DNA of 64,000 nt from a virus (taxonomy: Duplodnaviria > Caudoviricetes): IMG/VR virus record IMGVR_UViG_3300032332_002377; one strand, given 5' to 3'. Numbering within the stretch: the stretch's first letter is position 1; every line of letters begins with the position of its first letter. The notes under the pieces are model-generated. The model was given only the letters and a program-made list of their open reading frames with translations. It did no database searches and had not been told where the DNA came from. Positions 23,568-34,202 of the stretch are shown here, in pieces. The translations under genes were made by a program, and so were the position numbers.

Positions 23568-24170
23568 ATGGAGAAGAGATTTAAAAGGCTTTACGAAGCT
23601 ACCCTTTCAAGATATACGCGTGGTGGCTTCCTAACAAGTGATAGAGTGAAGTTCGCTGATAATGCATTGAAGAATGATTTCTTTAAGAATCAGCCTGATT
23701 CTGTTAAGCAAGCAGTGCAAGAGCTTATTAATTCAGGTTTAAATCTGAGAGTAAGAAATGTCAAGTCTGCTATGCCAGCAGTTATGGGTGCTGGTAATCC
23801 TGATGACTATGGTTATAGTTTTTCTATTGAAATAGTGCCTGAAATTGCTCCTGGTACCTATGATGTCAATAAATCAGTTACTGTTCCTGCCAATTTATTA
23901 GTTCATCAGAACGATGGTATCAACTTACCACCAATTCCTGATAAATTAAAATATGATAATAAAGTTCAGATTAAACCAGAAGAGGTAGAAGTAAATGATG
24001 ATAAAACTCTATTAACACCCAGATCTAAGACGCATACGTCTGATGTTGGTGGTAAGCTTGAAAAAGGTGACAGAGAGTTACAGAATGTAAATACTCAGAT
24101 TCCTTCTAAACCAGCAGAAGGTCAGAAAGACCCTGCTGCTTATACTGCACAATACTTGCCTAAGAGCTGA
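23568..24170 (+). CDS. Hypothetical late protein (possible head-internal protein)
   Basis: TAAATA box 6 nt before ATG; N-terminus MEKRFKRLYE. Confidence 0.6.
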   Translation: MEKRFKRLYEATLSRYTRGGFLTSDRVKFADNALKNDFFKNQPDSVKQAVQELINSGLNLRVRNVKSAMPAVMGAGNPDDYGYSFSIEIVPEIAPGTYDVNKSVTVPANLLVHQNDGINLPPIPDKLKYDNKVQIKPEEVEVNDDKTLLTPRSKTHTSDVGGKLEKGDRELQNVNTQIPSKPAEGQKDPAAYTAQYLPKS

Positions 24171-25096
24171 GTATCTGATAGTAAGATTACACACGCAAAA
24201 AAGTTAATTTCTTGATCTATTACAAATGCTGATCTGTACAAATGTTCAGCAACAATTAACAATGCTTTCTTCTTGTATTCTAAATCAGATTCATTCTCAT
24301 CTATGAAGTTGAATAAATTTCTCAAAAGCGATACATAATCTGAATTAAAGGATTGTTCATTTTCAATTAATGCTTTTCTAAGAGAATTAATATTTTTGTC
24401 TTTTATTTCTTTGTAGATTAAGGAAAGTAGATCATTAGGGTTAAATTCATTAATCTTAAGCTTTTTGGATACAGAAAATTTCTGCAATTCATTAATACAT
24501 AAACGAATATCGGGATAAAATTTTTTAACAAGTTCTAATAATTTTGCTTTTTGTCCATTTTCTATTTCAATTTTTTCTTTTTTGAGAACAGATGCGCATC
24601 TCTTAACAACTAAGTCCAGCGGGGGTGTTAGGTCAAGACTTTGGCATCTGCTTTGTAATGCAGGGATAATTTTATATTTGTAATTAGCAGTAAGAATAAA
24701 GCGTGTAAAACCAGCTAATTCTTCCATTGTATTGCGCAATGCACGTTGACCATCCATGGTAAGACCATCACATTCATCAAGAATAATGGTCTTTAAATTA
24801 CCATCAAAGCTTTTAGTCTGAGCAAATCCGGTCACCTTGGTACGTATAGTATCAATACCGTTCTCATCACTTGCGTTAATATAAAGATATTGACACCCTA
24901 ATAAATCATTTACTATGATTTTAGCGAGAGTTGTCTTACCAATACCTGGTGTACCTAGGAAAAGCAAATTAGGTATTTGTTTGTTCTGAGCAAAAGATTG
25001 AATAATCTCCAGATTTCTTTCCGATACAACAAAATCTTCCAGCTTATGTGGCCTATACTTTTCACACCAAAGGTTATTAAAGTCGTTTATTGTCAT
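24140..25096 (-). CDS. gp44: Sliding clamp loader ATPase (T4 gp44 / RFC-like)
   Basis: LWCEKYRP, GTPGIGKTT, INASDE, ILDECD, LQSRC. Confidence 0.93.
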   Translation of the reverse strand: MTINDFNNLWCEKYRPHKLEDFVVSERNLEIIQSFAQNKQIPNLLFLGTPGIGKTTLAKIIVNDLLGCQYLYINASDENGIDTIRTKVTGFAQTKSFDGNLKTIILDECDGLTMDGQRALRNTMEELAGFTRFILTANYKYKIIPALQSRCQSLDLTPPLDLVVKRCASVLKKEKIEIENGQKAKLLELVKKFYPDIRLCINELQKFSVSKKLKINEFNPNDLLSLIYKEIKDKNINSLRKALIENEQSFNSDYVSLLRNLFNFIDENESDLEYKKKALLIVAEHLYRSAFVIDQEINFFACVILLSDTQLLGKYCAV

Positions 25097-25545
25097 TTGC
25101 CTGAAGATCCAAACCCTTTTTCACCTCTTGCAGATTCTTGAACTGTGCCCCATTCAACATGCATTCCTAAGTTCATATAAACAACAAATTGAGCAATTCT
25201 GTCTCCTGATTTAATTTGATAATCTGTATCTGTTAAGTTATAGAGCTTGATACCAGCGTCACCACGGTAGCCATTATCTATAATACCAGGGTGAGCAGTT
25301 ATACCATACTTGAACCCTAAGCCGCTTCTGCTCTCCACTTTAACCCAATAGCCTTCTGGAATATCAGCAAATTTCAATCCAACACCTACTACAGCACTTC
25401 CACGAGCAAGAATTGTTTTATCTTCAACACTATACACATCATAACCTGTATCAGATTCATGATTTTTTGTGGGTAGTTTAGCTAAATCATGTGTTTTTTC
25501 AAACTTTAAAACAGGGATATACTGTAAATTAGGATCCATACTCAT
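25093..25545 (-). CDS. dut: Trimeric dUTPase
   Basis: GYDVYS, SRSGLG, GIIDNGYRG, GDRIAQ, RGEKGFGSSG. Confidence 0.96.
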   Translation of the reverse strand: MSMDPNLQYIPVLKFEKTHDLAKLPTKNHESDTGYDVYSVEDKTILARGSAVVGVGLKFADIPEGYWVKVESRSGLGFKYGITAHPGIIDNGYRGDAGIKLYNLTDTDYQIKSGDRIAQFVVYMNLGMHVEWGTVQESARGEKGFGSSGK

Positions 25546-25598
25546 ATTTGTATTATAGTATAAGCTTTAATAATTCAACTTCAACAGTAAATATTATT

Positions 25599-26054
25599 AT
25601 GAGCGATGAGCTAAATGAAATGGTAGGTGACTTGCTGAGTCAACTATCTGAAGCACAAACCAAAGCTAAAGAAGCAGAAAAAGAACAAAACCCTCTAAAG
25701 AAAGAAGAAATAGAAAAATTTGTAGTAGAGAAGGGTGGCAAGCTAGTTGAAGATAGTCTTGAAATGATAAAAAATGTTAAGGATTATATTATTTCTTCTC
25801 CAGAAGCAAAAGATGTAGATGCTTTTGCAGGGTTAGTTGCTGCAGCTAGCTCAGCTATTGATACGTTAAATAAAATTGTAGTAAATGACAAGAGAGCAGA
25901 CACCATAGTTAAAACCAAGCAGATGGACATTGATGCTAAAAGAGAATTAAAACAAGATGATAATGCTACTAAACTCTTAGCTACAAGAGAGCAAATATTT
26001 AAAGCATTAATAGCAGATAATAGTAAGATTATTGACGCTGAAATAGTTAATTAA
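25599..26054 (+). CDS. Probable terminase small subunit (T4 gp16-like)
   Basis: Helical; SSPEAKDVDAFAGLV and LLATREQIFKAL loosely match the gp16 pattern; start moved to the ATG 5 nt after TAAATA. Confidence 0.45.
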   Translation: MSDELNEMVGDLLSQLSEAQTKAKEAEKEQNPLKKEEIEKFVVEKGGKLVEDSLEMIKNVKDYIISSPEAKDVDAFAGLVAAASSAIDTLNKIVVNDKRADTIVKTKQMDIDAKRELKQDDNATKLLATREQIFKALIADNSKIIDAEIVN

Positions 26055-26548
26055 AACTTTTTAATACAATTGCTTATGTTTTTCAAGTAACCTGATATAG
26101 GACCTAATTGACTATTTAATGCAGACTGTGCTATGCTTGTAATAGACCCAACAATATCTGTAAGAGCAAAAGCACCTACCTTTGGAAGCACGCTGAGCTT
26201 TTTAAGAGCAAAATCAAAAATGTTAATATTCAAAAGACTTGCTATGCTAGTAGGTGTAGGAAGTAGTTGACTGAAATTAGGTAATGATGGAAACTCACAG
26301 TTCATGAGCTGTTGCTTAGCTGTTTCTAGATAATTGTTGAAGGGGCTTGTGTATTGATCTGTATTGAATACTCTATTAGAATAACCATTAAAATAAGAAG
26401 TATCAGATGGTAACTCTTTTGGTGTTTCAAAGTAATCAGAAAAATTAGGCAAAATTGAACTTGACTGAGTAGATTTTTTGTTAATTTCTAAAATTTGACT
26501 GTTTAGTATCTGGCTGTAAGATGTTAATTCGTCTGCTGGTATTGCCAT
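26051..26548 (-). CDS. Hypothetical late protein
   Basis: 165 aa ORF with TAAATA box. Confidence 0.55.
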   Translation of the reverse strand: MAIPADELTSYSQILNSQILEINKKSTQSSSILPNFSDYFETPKELPSDTSYFNGYSNRVFNTDQYTSPFNNYLETAKQQLMNCEFPSLPNFSQLLPTPTSIASLLNINIFDFALKKLSVLPKVGAFALTDIVGSITSIAQSALNSQLGPISGYLKNISNCIKKF

Positions 26549-26559
26549 AAAAGTATTTA

Positions 26560-27933
26560 TTATGCAACGTTAAGGTTGTTTGTAATGTTAAAGAAGTTAG
26601 TTACGCCTGTATTAAAAACACCTGTATTAACACGTGGGTTAGAAAGCGTATTTTCATTGGTTTTATAGCTTAACAGATACTTGAACTTGCGTTGCAAGAT
26701 ATCCATGCTAACAGTGAATTTCTCTACATTTAGACCAAATAATATATCAGTTATGATTTGCTGATTTGTACCTGTTGCAGCAGTATCTCTAGGATTATAC
26801 CCGTTAATATTGTTAATGTTGCTAACGTACTGCACGTAATTAAAAATTCTGCTGTAGCTAGATTTTAATCTATCAAAATATGTAGATAAATTGTTCTTTA
26901 TAATATCAAATGTGTGTATATCGGTTATTAGATTAATACCATGCGCAGGATTAGAAGTAGGGTTGGTGTATGGATTTACATTTTTAGTTGTTAAATTTAT
27001 TTTAGCTAAATTATTTCTCATTAAAATAGTATTCATTTCACTCAAATCTGTTGCTACTTCTAGAGTTGTTTTAGATACTTTGTTTCTTAACTGTACCGGT
27101 AATACATTTGGCGCTGTGTATAATCCTGTTGTATAGTCTGTAAAGGGAATAGTTGAATCATCTAATAAGCAGTTGCTGTTAACAAGTATGCCTATTGAGT
27201 CGCTCAATTCAGTAAAGAAAGATTGGTTGGATGTATCTATGTTGAAGGTGATTAATGTTTTTAATGGTTGAGCTGTTATCTGATATCTTTTGACCCAAAA
27301 ATCAACAAAATCATTCCTTAGAATGGGCATTTTTTCTGAATTAAGTTTGCTGTAAAAATCACCTAAACTGCCTACAACATCATTATTTTGTAATGCAGTA
27401 TAATAATCGAGACTTATTTGTATTTCTTTTTCAAGTTGGGGAAATAGATTAACGTAATTTGAAATTTTCTTTAATATATCAACAGTAGTTGTATAGTTTA
27501 TATCTGCTAATTTTGGATCTATGGTTTTAGCAATGTAAGGGTAAGATGCAGGTAACGATGTTTTTTTAGCAGTAAATTCGGGTATACTTATAGTGTTGTC
27601 GGTAAGTGTGGGTGTTAAAGCTCTGCTAATTGTAGGTATAGTTGTGGTAGTAGTGGGAGTAGTAGCCGTTGATGAAGATGTATTACTAGTTGGTGTGTTT
27701 GATGTTACAGTTGTGTTGGGTGTTGTTGTTAAGCCTGCAAGTGCCCATGATGTATCAACTTCTGGAAGTGGTCCCCATGCAGTATTTGCAGTTTTGTTTT
27801 TACTAGGATCATATGTAGATGGCCCAGTTAAATCTAAAGGCTTTTTTTCAGTCTTTTTAAATTCTTGGTATTGTTTTCCATACTTTGTAGTTGGATCATT
27901 AAGCTCAGCAAAAGTATCATTTGTAAATTTCAT
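26560..27933 (-). CDS. Hypothetical baseplate-region protein with Thr-rich linker
   Basis: 457 aa, overlaps the hub gene stop; TTTPNTTVTSNTPTS tract. Confidence 0.55.
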   Translation of the reverse strand: MKFTNDTFAELNDPTTKYGKQYQEFKKTEKKPLDLTGPSTYDPSKNKTANTAWGPLPEVDTSWALAGLTTTPNTTVTSNTPTSNTSSSTATTPTTTTTIPTISRALTPTLTDNTISIPEFTAKKTSLPASYPYIAKTIDPKLADINYTTTVDILKKISNYVNLFPQLEKEIQISLDYYTALQNNDVVGSLGDFYSKLNSEKMPILRNDFVDFWVKRYQITAQPLKTLITFNIDTSNQSFFTELSDSIGILVNSNCLLDDSTIPFTDYTTGLYTAPNVLPVQLRNKVSKTTLEVATDLSEMNTILMRNNLAKINLTTKNVNPYTNPTSNPAHGINLITDIHTFDIIKNNLSTYFDRLKSSYSRIFNYVQYVSNINNINGYNPRDTAATGTNQQIITDILFGLNVEKFTVSMDILQRKFKYLLSYKTNENTLSNPRVNTGVFNTGVTNFFNITNNLNVA

Positions 27934-29510
27934 AATACATTTTTATTTAAGAAGATATCAGTTGGAAGATATGTTTTAACACATACTAATTCATTTGTAT
28001 ATTTTGCATCTTCAAAAATATGGTTAACCTTAACTATAAAATATACACCTAAAAACTTGTTGTCAAAAGAAGTAGGCTGTTTATTATTTTCTCTATTTAT
28101 GCCAATAAATTTGCCAGACTGTCTATGAGTTCCGCCTTGTATTTTGAATGTTACAAAATTGTTTAAATAAACATAATTTTTTAAATTTTTAGCTAAACCT
28201 AACGCTAGTCTTTGATTTTTGTCCAATTCTACAACTGCAAATTCATTTGTAGTATTTTTATTTTGTTTTCTAAAGCTACCAAACTGAAATGTAGATTTGC
28301 CTTGTGTGGTAAAGGGAGTAATATAGTTGAGTTTAGAAACACGTTCTAATTCATCTGTGCTGTTTCTGTAAGATTCAACATCAAATTCTTTATTATTGTA
28401 ATTGTAAGAATGAATAATTTTACTGTTAAGTTCAGATTGTGAATAAAGACCTGCTATAAAATCAAAGCTATAGGTATCTAAACTGCCTTCAGACATAAAA
28501 TATGGTGCGTAAGGTGGTGTAAACTCTACATTAAACACTGGTAGACTATTTGTACCAGTGTTTGTATAGCCTGCAACCTTAAATGTTTCAAGATAATCAT
28601 TCCCTGGTACCATTACTCCTTCATTAAATGCAACAGCATTTTGAAAAACATCATAGAAACTTCTTAATGAATAAGTTTTAGGATATCTTTCTAATTGTAA
28701 AATGCATGGGCTATAATTTGAAGCAGGTGAACTTACATGCCTATCCCAAAGATAATTAATAGTGTCTATGCATTTAAAATTGCCTGGGGCTGAAAAGAAA
28801 ATAGTTGTTGCTCCTTGATCAAAAGTACTAAAAGTTGGGTTGAATCCCTCATTTTTATCTAGCCCTTCTACTAGAGCAGCAGATAATGCAGCACCTGTGG
28901 GTATTCTTCTTTCTTCATTACTAAAATCTTGTATATCACCTTTATCTTTAACGTTTAAATAATTTGCAGTAGAGAAATAAGAATTTTTTTCACGTAATAT
29001 TTCATAATCAAGATCCCAAAAATAGAGTTTCTTTAATTTACCATCTAATGAGCCATCATCAATTTCTTCTGTATTGTAAATAGCAAAATTGAAAGATAAT
29101 AAAAAATATTTTTCTACTTCTTTATCAGTAGTATTTGCACCTGTTTGTGTGAGCTTGGGCATTATTTGAACTACAAGAACATCTCTTGAGTCACCATTAA
29201 AAACATAACTACCTTTAGTATTTTCTTTTGGTGAACCAGGTATGTAATACTGTGGGTTAGATGCATCTATTTCTGGTGTGTAATCGCTTTCAATGTTATC
29301 TTGTCTGTTGTCAAGTACTACGTAACCACTGTGATAAGGGTTATCAATACTATCTTCTATATTGAGAGTTTTTATGGAAGAAGGTGGTAGTAATTTTAAT
29401 CTGCCATCAAAAGAACCAATAAACACTTTAAAATCATAAAAATTATTGTTTATTAGATAGGAAAAATCGCTGAAATTTGCATTACCAGCTACAGGTAGAA
29501 ATTCACTCAT
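27930..29510 (-). CDS. Baseplate hub protein (gp27-like)
   Basis: LNIEDSI...SGYVVL near N-terminus; KFLGVYFIVKVNHIF...YTNELVCVK at C-terminus. Confidence 0.7.
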   Translation of the reverse strand: MSEFLPVAGNANFSDFSYLINNNFYDFKVFIGSFDGRLKLLPPSSIKTLNIEDSIDNPYHSGYVVLDNRQDNIESDYTPEIDASNPQYYIPGSPKENTKGSYVFNGDSRDVLVVQIMPKLTQTGANTTDKEVEKYFLLSFNFAIYNTEEIDDGSLDGKLKKLYFWDLDYEILREKNSYFSTANYLNVKDKGDIQDFSNEERRIPTGAALSAALVEGLDKNEGFNPTFSTFDQGATTIFFSAPGNFKCIDTINYLWDRHVSSPASNYSPCILQLERYPKTYSLRSFYDVFQNAVAFNEGVMVPGNDYLETFKVAGYTNTGTNSLPVFNVEFTPPYAPYFMSEGSLDTYSFDFIAGLYSQSELNSKIIHSYNYNNKEFDVESYRNSTDELERVSKLNYITPFTTQGKSTFQFGSFRKQNKNTTNEFAVVELDKNQRLALGLAKNLKNYVYLNNFVTFKIQGGTHRQSGKFIGINRENNKQPTSFDNKFLGVYFIVKVNHIFEDAKYTNELVCVKTYLPTDIFLNKNVL

Positions 29511-29511
29511 A

Positions 29512-29877
29512 TTATTTCAATTGTGATTTTATATTATTAATAATAGGTACAATAAGGTTTGATTTAATTGCTCTTATAGTTGTTCCTGATTTAGGCTGTA
29601 ATACGGGGTTATTAATATTATTAACCAAGCATATTAACCACCAAAGTTCAATAGTATTATATAGATTAAAACTAATTAATGTCCAAGGCATTTTTTTAGG
29701 CACAGCATAGTAGAAGAATTGAGATGGATCTAGATTTGGAAGAAGGTTAATTTTTTTAATTATATTGTAGAAATAATAATTATCCGTATTTTTATACACT
29801 TTAAAAATATTTTCATATCTATAGTTGTTGAGAGGTATGAGCTCAGGTATATTATTTTGATAATTACCTAGGTCCAT
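29512..29877 (-). CDS. gp53: Baseplate wedge protein (T4 gp53-like)
   Basis: WTLISFNLYNTIELWWLICLVNNINNP. Confidence 0.8.
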   Translation of the reverse strand: MDLGNYQNNIPELIPLNNYRYENIFKVYKNTDNYYFYNIIKKINLLPNLDPSQFFYYAVPKKMPWTLISFNLYNTIELWWLICLVNNINNPVLQPKSGTTIRAIKSNLIVPIINNIKSQLK

Positions 29878-29878
29878 A

Positions 29879-31393
29879 TTATCTGCCTCCTAAACCAGTT
29901 TGACTGCTTGGAGCCTGTATATCAGGCCATCCGCCAACGGTATAATTAACTGGAGTATTTGCACCAGATTGATTGCCTATGTTGTTGCCGCCTATATTTG
30001 AATTGCCATAAATACTATTACTGCTTTGAATTGTTTTATCAATATCAACAACTTGTGCATTTGCAGTATTGGTTTTGCCTAAAACAGTATAAGCCATAAA
30101 GTTTCTAGTTTCTGTTACAAGAGATTTTAAATTAATTTTAATCATATAAGCATCAGGTATGATTGCAAAAAATTCTTTAGTTTTGGCAGATGAACCTACA
30201 CTTTTAATAATACCTCCAACATTGTTTGCATCACCAGGCAAATTCGCAGTTGTAGGGTCTACAGCGCTATTAATTGACTCTAGCTCAACTGTTTCTTGAA
30301 CATTTAAATCAAATTTTAATTCTCTACGAGAGCCTTTAAAATCAACGCTAATACCAGTTATATAACAAAATGGAAGAAACTTTTGACCTGGTATTGTAAC
30401 TTCGTACAATACAGGTGGTTCAACAAGATTTCTATTTATTCTGGCTGGTTTGTTTTGGTATAATAATAGAAATATAAATTGCCAATTTCTAACAACTTGA
30501 TTAAAATCAATATTACCAGTATTAATTAGAGGGAATGTAAATGAGAATTCTTCACCTTCAGATGGAAAATTATAAAATTTTGCTTTTTCTTGAAAAGAAA
30601 AACCAAATGGGTGAGATATAGCGCCTGCTAGCCCTGCTATACTTTGTACCTGCTGAGCGCCTTCTTTTATAAAATTTAAAACATTAATATTACTATCATC
30701 ACCAAAAATATTCTGTGATGAGCTGTAATAGTCTTCAAAATAAGGTAGAATATATTGCCACCCTGTGTTAACAGTGGGATAAAGGTTTTTATAAGCTTGT
30801 AATAGCGGTTGATCTAATACTGGATTGTTATCTATAACACGGCTTTTAAAAAAATCTCCAACAGATTGTGTTACTTGTTGACCTGTTGTGACGTTTTCTT
30901 GTACAGATGTTAAAGTTTTTAGAGAAGGGTTGTTTATAAAATTATATGCAGTTCCAAGTGCTCCTTCACCTACAGTTGCTGCAGTATTTGCAAGTTTTTC
31001 TAACAATTGAGCAAAATTTTGGCCTGTGGATCCTAAGCTTTTCAAATAATTAATTGATTCGTTTATACCTAATTTTGCATTAGCAAAAGAATAAGCTACT
31101 GAAGCAATAAAAGCATTTGTGTTGAGTCTTTTTTCTGTTAAAGTAATTTTTGGTGTTTCAGCACGTGCAGTTTCTCCTGGTTTTGAATACGTCCAAGGAT
31201 AATCTCTAGCAACATTTACTGTAGTAATTTTTGGGTTTTTTGAATTAACAGGTACATTAAATAGATTGATATTTTCTGATGCAGGTACAAGTCTTGGGGC
31301 ATCACTTTCAAATGATACAGAATTCTCGCTTGTACCTTTGTCGCTTTTGTTTAAGGTAGCATTATAATCAAAAGACCATAGCCTGTTAGCCAT
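29879..31393 (-). CDS. Baseplate/tail tube initiator (gp48-like)
   Basis: FSFTFPLIN, PPVLYEV, CYITGISVDF; gene position. Confidence 0.55.
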   Translation of the reverse strand: MANRLWSFDYNATLNKSDKGTSENSVSFESDAPRLVPASENINLFNVPVNSKNPKITTVNVARDYPWTYSKPGETARAETPKITLTEKRLNTNAFIASVAYSFANAKLGINESINYLKSLGSTGQNFAQLLEKLANTAATVGEGALGTAYNFINNPSLKTLTSVQENVTTGQQVTQSVGDFFKSRVIDNNPVLDQPLLQAYKNLYPTVNTGWQYILPYFEDYYSSSQNIFGDDSNINVLNFIKEGAQQVQSIAGLAGAISHPFGFSFQEKAKFYNFPSEGEEFSFTFPLINTGNIDFNQVVRNWQFIFLLLYQNKPARINRNLVEPPVLYEVTIPGQKFLPFCYITGISVDFKGSRRELKFDLNVQETVELESINSAVDPTTANLPGDANNVGGIIKSVGSSAKTKEFFAIIPDAYMIKINLKSLVTETRNFMAYTVLGKTNTANAQVVDIDKTIQSSNSIYGNSNIGGNNIGNQSGANTPVNYTVGGWPDIQAPSSQTGLGGR

Positions 31394-31401
31394 AATAATA
31401 C

Positions 31402-33450
31402 TTATGAATACATTCTGCTATCTCTGTAGCTTCTAGAAGTGGTAGGTGTTAAGGTAAGGTTTGTTAAGTTTTTACTGTTATTAACAAAATTAGAACCCTT
31501 CTTACCTTGTTCAGCTACTGATTTAGTGTAATTGCTAAGTTCATTCATCATTTGTTGTGTTATAACTTTGTTTTCAGCTAGTTGTTTGCCCATGCTTCTG
31601 CCTGTATTTTCTACTACAGTCATGAGCTCTTTGATTGCACCTACTGTTTCTTCAGATCCAACACCTAATGTTCTTAAATCTTTAACACCAATGATGTTAT
31701 CATTGGGGCTAAATGGTATGGGTCTTTGACCAGGTCGTGACAAGAAATCTTGTTGCATATTTTCCCAAGGGCTTGGAATGCCCTTTTCATAGCTTTCTTG
31801 AATTTGCTCACCTATGATTTCTCCCATGGTATCATTAAGTTCAAAGACCTGTTCAGTTAAATCAGCATTGAACCGTTCTTTGAGCCTATCTGCAGCTGCA
31901 GGGTCTTTTATAAATGGTGTGTACCTGGCTAAATGCTCAGCAGAACCAAAGATAAATTTATTAGTAGCATCAGGTATTTGTAGAATTAGATTAGCATAAG
32001 TTTTAAGTGTTTCTTCAAGAGTTTTATCTTCTTTATAATATAAATCTTGCCATTTTTTGAGTTGTTTAGCTACTGTATTTTGAGCATCTTCTGTACCCAA
32101 AATACCAAAAGAATAAAAATTAGTAACACCTTCACCCAAAGCTTCCATGCCTTTTTCATATTTGTTTTTTGCAGTAATTTCACCCTTTTCTTCTTGTCTT
32201 TGATTTGCTTTGTAAGTTTCATATGAAATTCCTAATTGTGCTAATGAATGCATAGCTCCTTCTATAATAGGAATTGCTTTAGATGCTGTGCCTGCAATAT
32301 TTCTAGCGCCTTTGCTTTCTTGCAGGACTCCTTTTAAATTTTCTACCCTGCCTAGAGTGTTTTCTTTTAACCAAGCTGTTGCTTTAGACCATTGCTCTTC
32401 AAACTTTACGCCTTCTTCCATTCCAACAGGGCCAACCATGTCTCTAATAATTTCTTTACCGCTGCTCTTTAGGTACTCAGGTAATTCTTTGGTTGCTTGT
32501 ATAATATCTTCTATAATGGATGTCTTTACTTTTACTAACTCTTTAATATCTTCTGGTCTATAACCACGTTCTTTTAAATCTTTCAATGTAGCAGTTAGCT
32601 GCTTATACATGCTATCAGGTTTATCAATATTTTCTATTATGCCATCGAGTTCTGTTATGCTTTTACTTAAAAATTCATCTTCACTTTTTGCTAGTACTTC
32701 AATTTTCTTTGCATAGTCAAGCTCTTTCATGCTTCCTAACATTTCATCTACATTTATTTTTTTTCCATTTATAGCTTCATCAAATGCTTCTTTAAAGCCT
32801 AAAGCTTTAGGATCTGTTGTTGCACCTCTTATAACTAGGTTCTCTATAGTTACTTCAATAGGCTCACCATTCCGAAGAGCTTCAGTTAGAGGGTCTGTTA
32901 CTCTAGTTACAGGTTTTTTTGGTACTATTTCTGCTACATTTTCTGATGCTTTTGCAGCAGCTTCACCTGCTTTTTCTGCAGCCTGTGCAGCATCTTTTAC
33001 AGCTTCTATTATTTTGCCTTTTTCTCCACCTGCAATTAAATCTTTTAACAATTCAAATACACCCAATCCAGTTGCTAGAGTTCCTAACACTTTCAATAAA
33101 TCAGGTACCCATCCAAAAGAAGCTTCTTTTTTAACTGCTTTTGCCTGCACTTGCATGGTTTTAGGTAAAGCGGATTGAAATATACCTTTTAGTTTGTTTA
33201 ATGACTCTTCACTAAGACTGTCTATATTGATTGGAACAGCTTGATAAATTCTTTGTTTACGTCTTAATCTACTATAGCTACTTTTTTCGCGTTTTTCATC
33301 GTCCATATTCTCTTGAAATAAAGATGAAAACTGTTTTGTATTATTATCACTAGCTTTTGATTGAGAAGTGCTAAGAAAATTAAGAATACTGCTTACTTTT
33401 TGATCTAAAGTAGCGATATTATCAGTTATTAAACTTTCTGACTCAGTCAT
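31402..33450 (-). CDS. Probable tape-measure-like protein
   Basis: 682 aa helical Ala/Glu/Lys-rich protein between hub genes. Confidence 0.45.
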   Translation of the reverse strand: MTESESLITDNIATLDQKVSSILNFLSTSQSKASDNNTKQFSSLFQENMDDEKREKSSYSRLRRKQRIYQAVPINIDSLSEESLNKLKGIFQSALPKTMQVQAKAVKKEASFGWVPDLLKVLGTLATGLGVFELLKDLIAGGEKGKIIEAVKDAAQAAEKAGEAAAKASENVAEIVPKKPVTRVTDPLTEALRNGEPIEVTIENLVIRGATTDPKALGFKEAFDEAINGKKINVDEMLGSMKELDYAKKIEVLAKSEDEFLSKSITELDGIIENIDKPDSMYKQLTATLKDLKERGYRPEDIKELVKVKTSIIEDIIQATKELPEYLKSSGKEIIRDMVGPVGMEEGVKFEEQWSKATAWLKENTLGRVENLKGVLQESKGARNIAGTASKAIPIIEGAMHSLAQLGISYETYKANQRQEEKGEITAKNKYEKGMEALGEGVTNFYSFGILGTEDAQNTVAKQLKKWQDLYYKEDKTLEETLKTYANLILQIPDATNKFIFGSAEHLARYTPFIKDPAAADRLKERFNADLTEQVFELNDTMGEIIGEQIQESYEKGIPSPWENMQQDFLSRPGQRPIPFSPNDNIIGVKDLRTLGVGSEETVGAIKELMTVVENTGRSMGKQLAENKVITQQMMNELSNYTKSVAEQGKKGSNFVNNSKNLTNLTLTPTTSRSYRDSRMYS

Positions 33451-33476
33451 TTAAAATATTTAATGAATATTATAAA

Positions 33477-34202
33477 TTAGAGTGTGAAAAGTGTTGGATC
33501 AATGCTTATATTATAGTATTTGTTGTTAACTGTAAACAATGTTCTATCAAAATCTTTTAACTTGTTAATATGATCTACTACTTTGGAAGATATAACAATA
33601 GGCAGTTTTTCTGCTACTTGAAGTTTTTGATTAAACGTCAATTCATCAAAATTAATAGTGGCTTTGGGTGTTTTAACTGTTTTTATATATTTTATAATTT
33701 CATTTAAATACAAACTACCGAGATAATTAGCTTGATCATTTAAAATAATTTTTTTTGACTCAAAATTTATATTTTTATCTTTTATTAAGGTGGGTATCTC
33801 AATGTTAACAGTTATATCACTGTCTTCTAATTGTGTGGATTTTAATTCATTAGGTAAAGCAATATTATTTGAAAGAATGGGTGTAATGTCAAAAGATTCA
33901 GAGCCAAGTGTTCTATAATTCTTTGATAAAGATTGTGCTCTTAAGCAAGTTAATATATAATTTTTATCGCTAGCAAGTAAATTCAAATTTTTTTCTATTA
34001 AATTAGTTTGAATATACTCTGTTGTGAGTATGGAAAAACCAATACCTGCATTTTCTTTTTCTAAAGCACTTTGAATTGCTTCTTTTTGTTGTTTTGCAGT
34101 AAATCCTGTGAATTTAGTTTTAACGTTTAATGATGGTATGAATATTTCATACTGTCTTGTGACTTCATTTAAAGAGTTGAGTATGTCGCTAAAATTATTC
34201 AC
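33477..34202 (-). CDS. Baseplate hub assembly protein (gp26-like)
   Basis: IFIPSL...FTGFTAKQQK...DKNYIL..LRAQS. Confidence 0.6.
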   Translation of the reverse strand: MNNFSDILNSLNEVTRQYEIFIPSLNVKTKFTGFTAKQQKEAIQSALEKENAGIGFSILTTEYIQTNLIEKNLNLLASDKNYILTCLRAQSLSKNYRTLGSESFDITPILSNNIALPNELKSTQLEDSDITVNIEIPTLIKDKNINFESKKIILNDQANYLGSLYLNEIIKYIKTVKTPKATINFDELTFNQKLQVAEKLPIVISSKVVDHINKLKDFDRTLFTVNNKYYNISIDPTLFTL

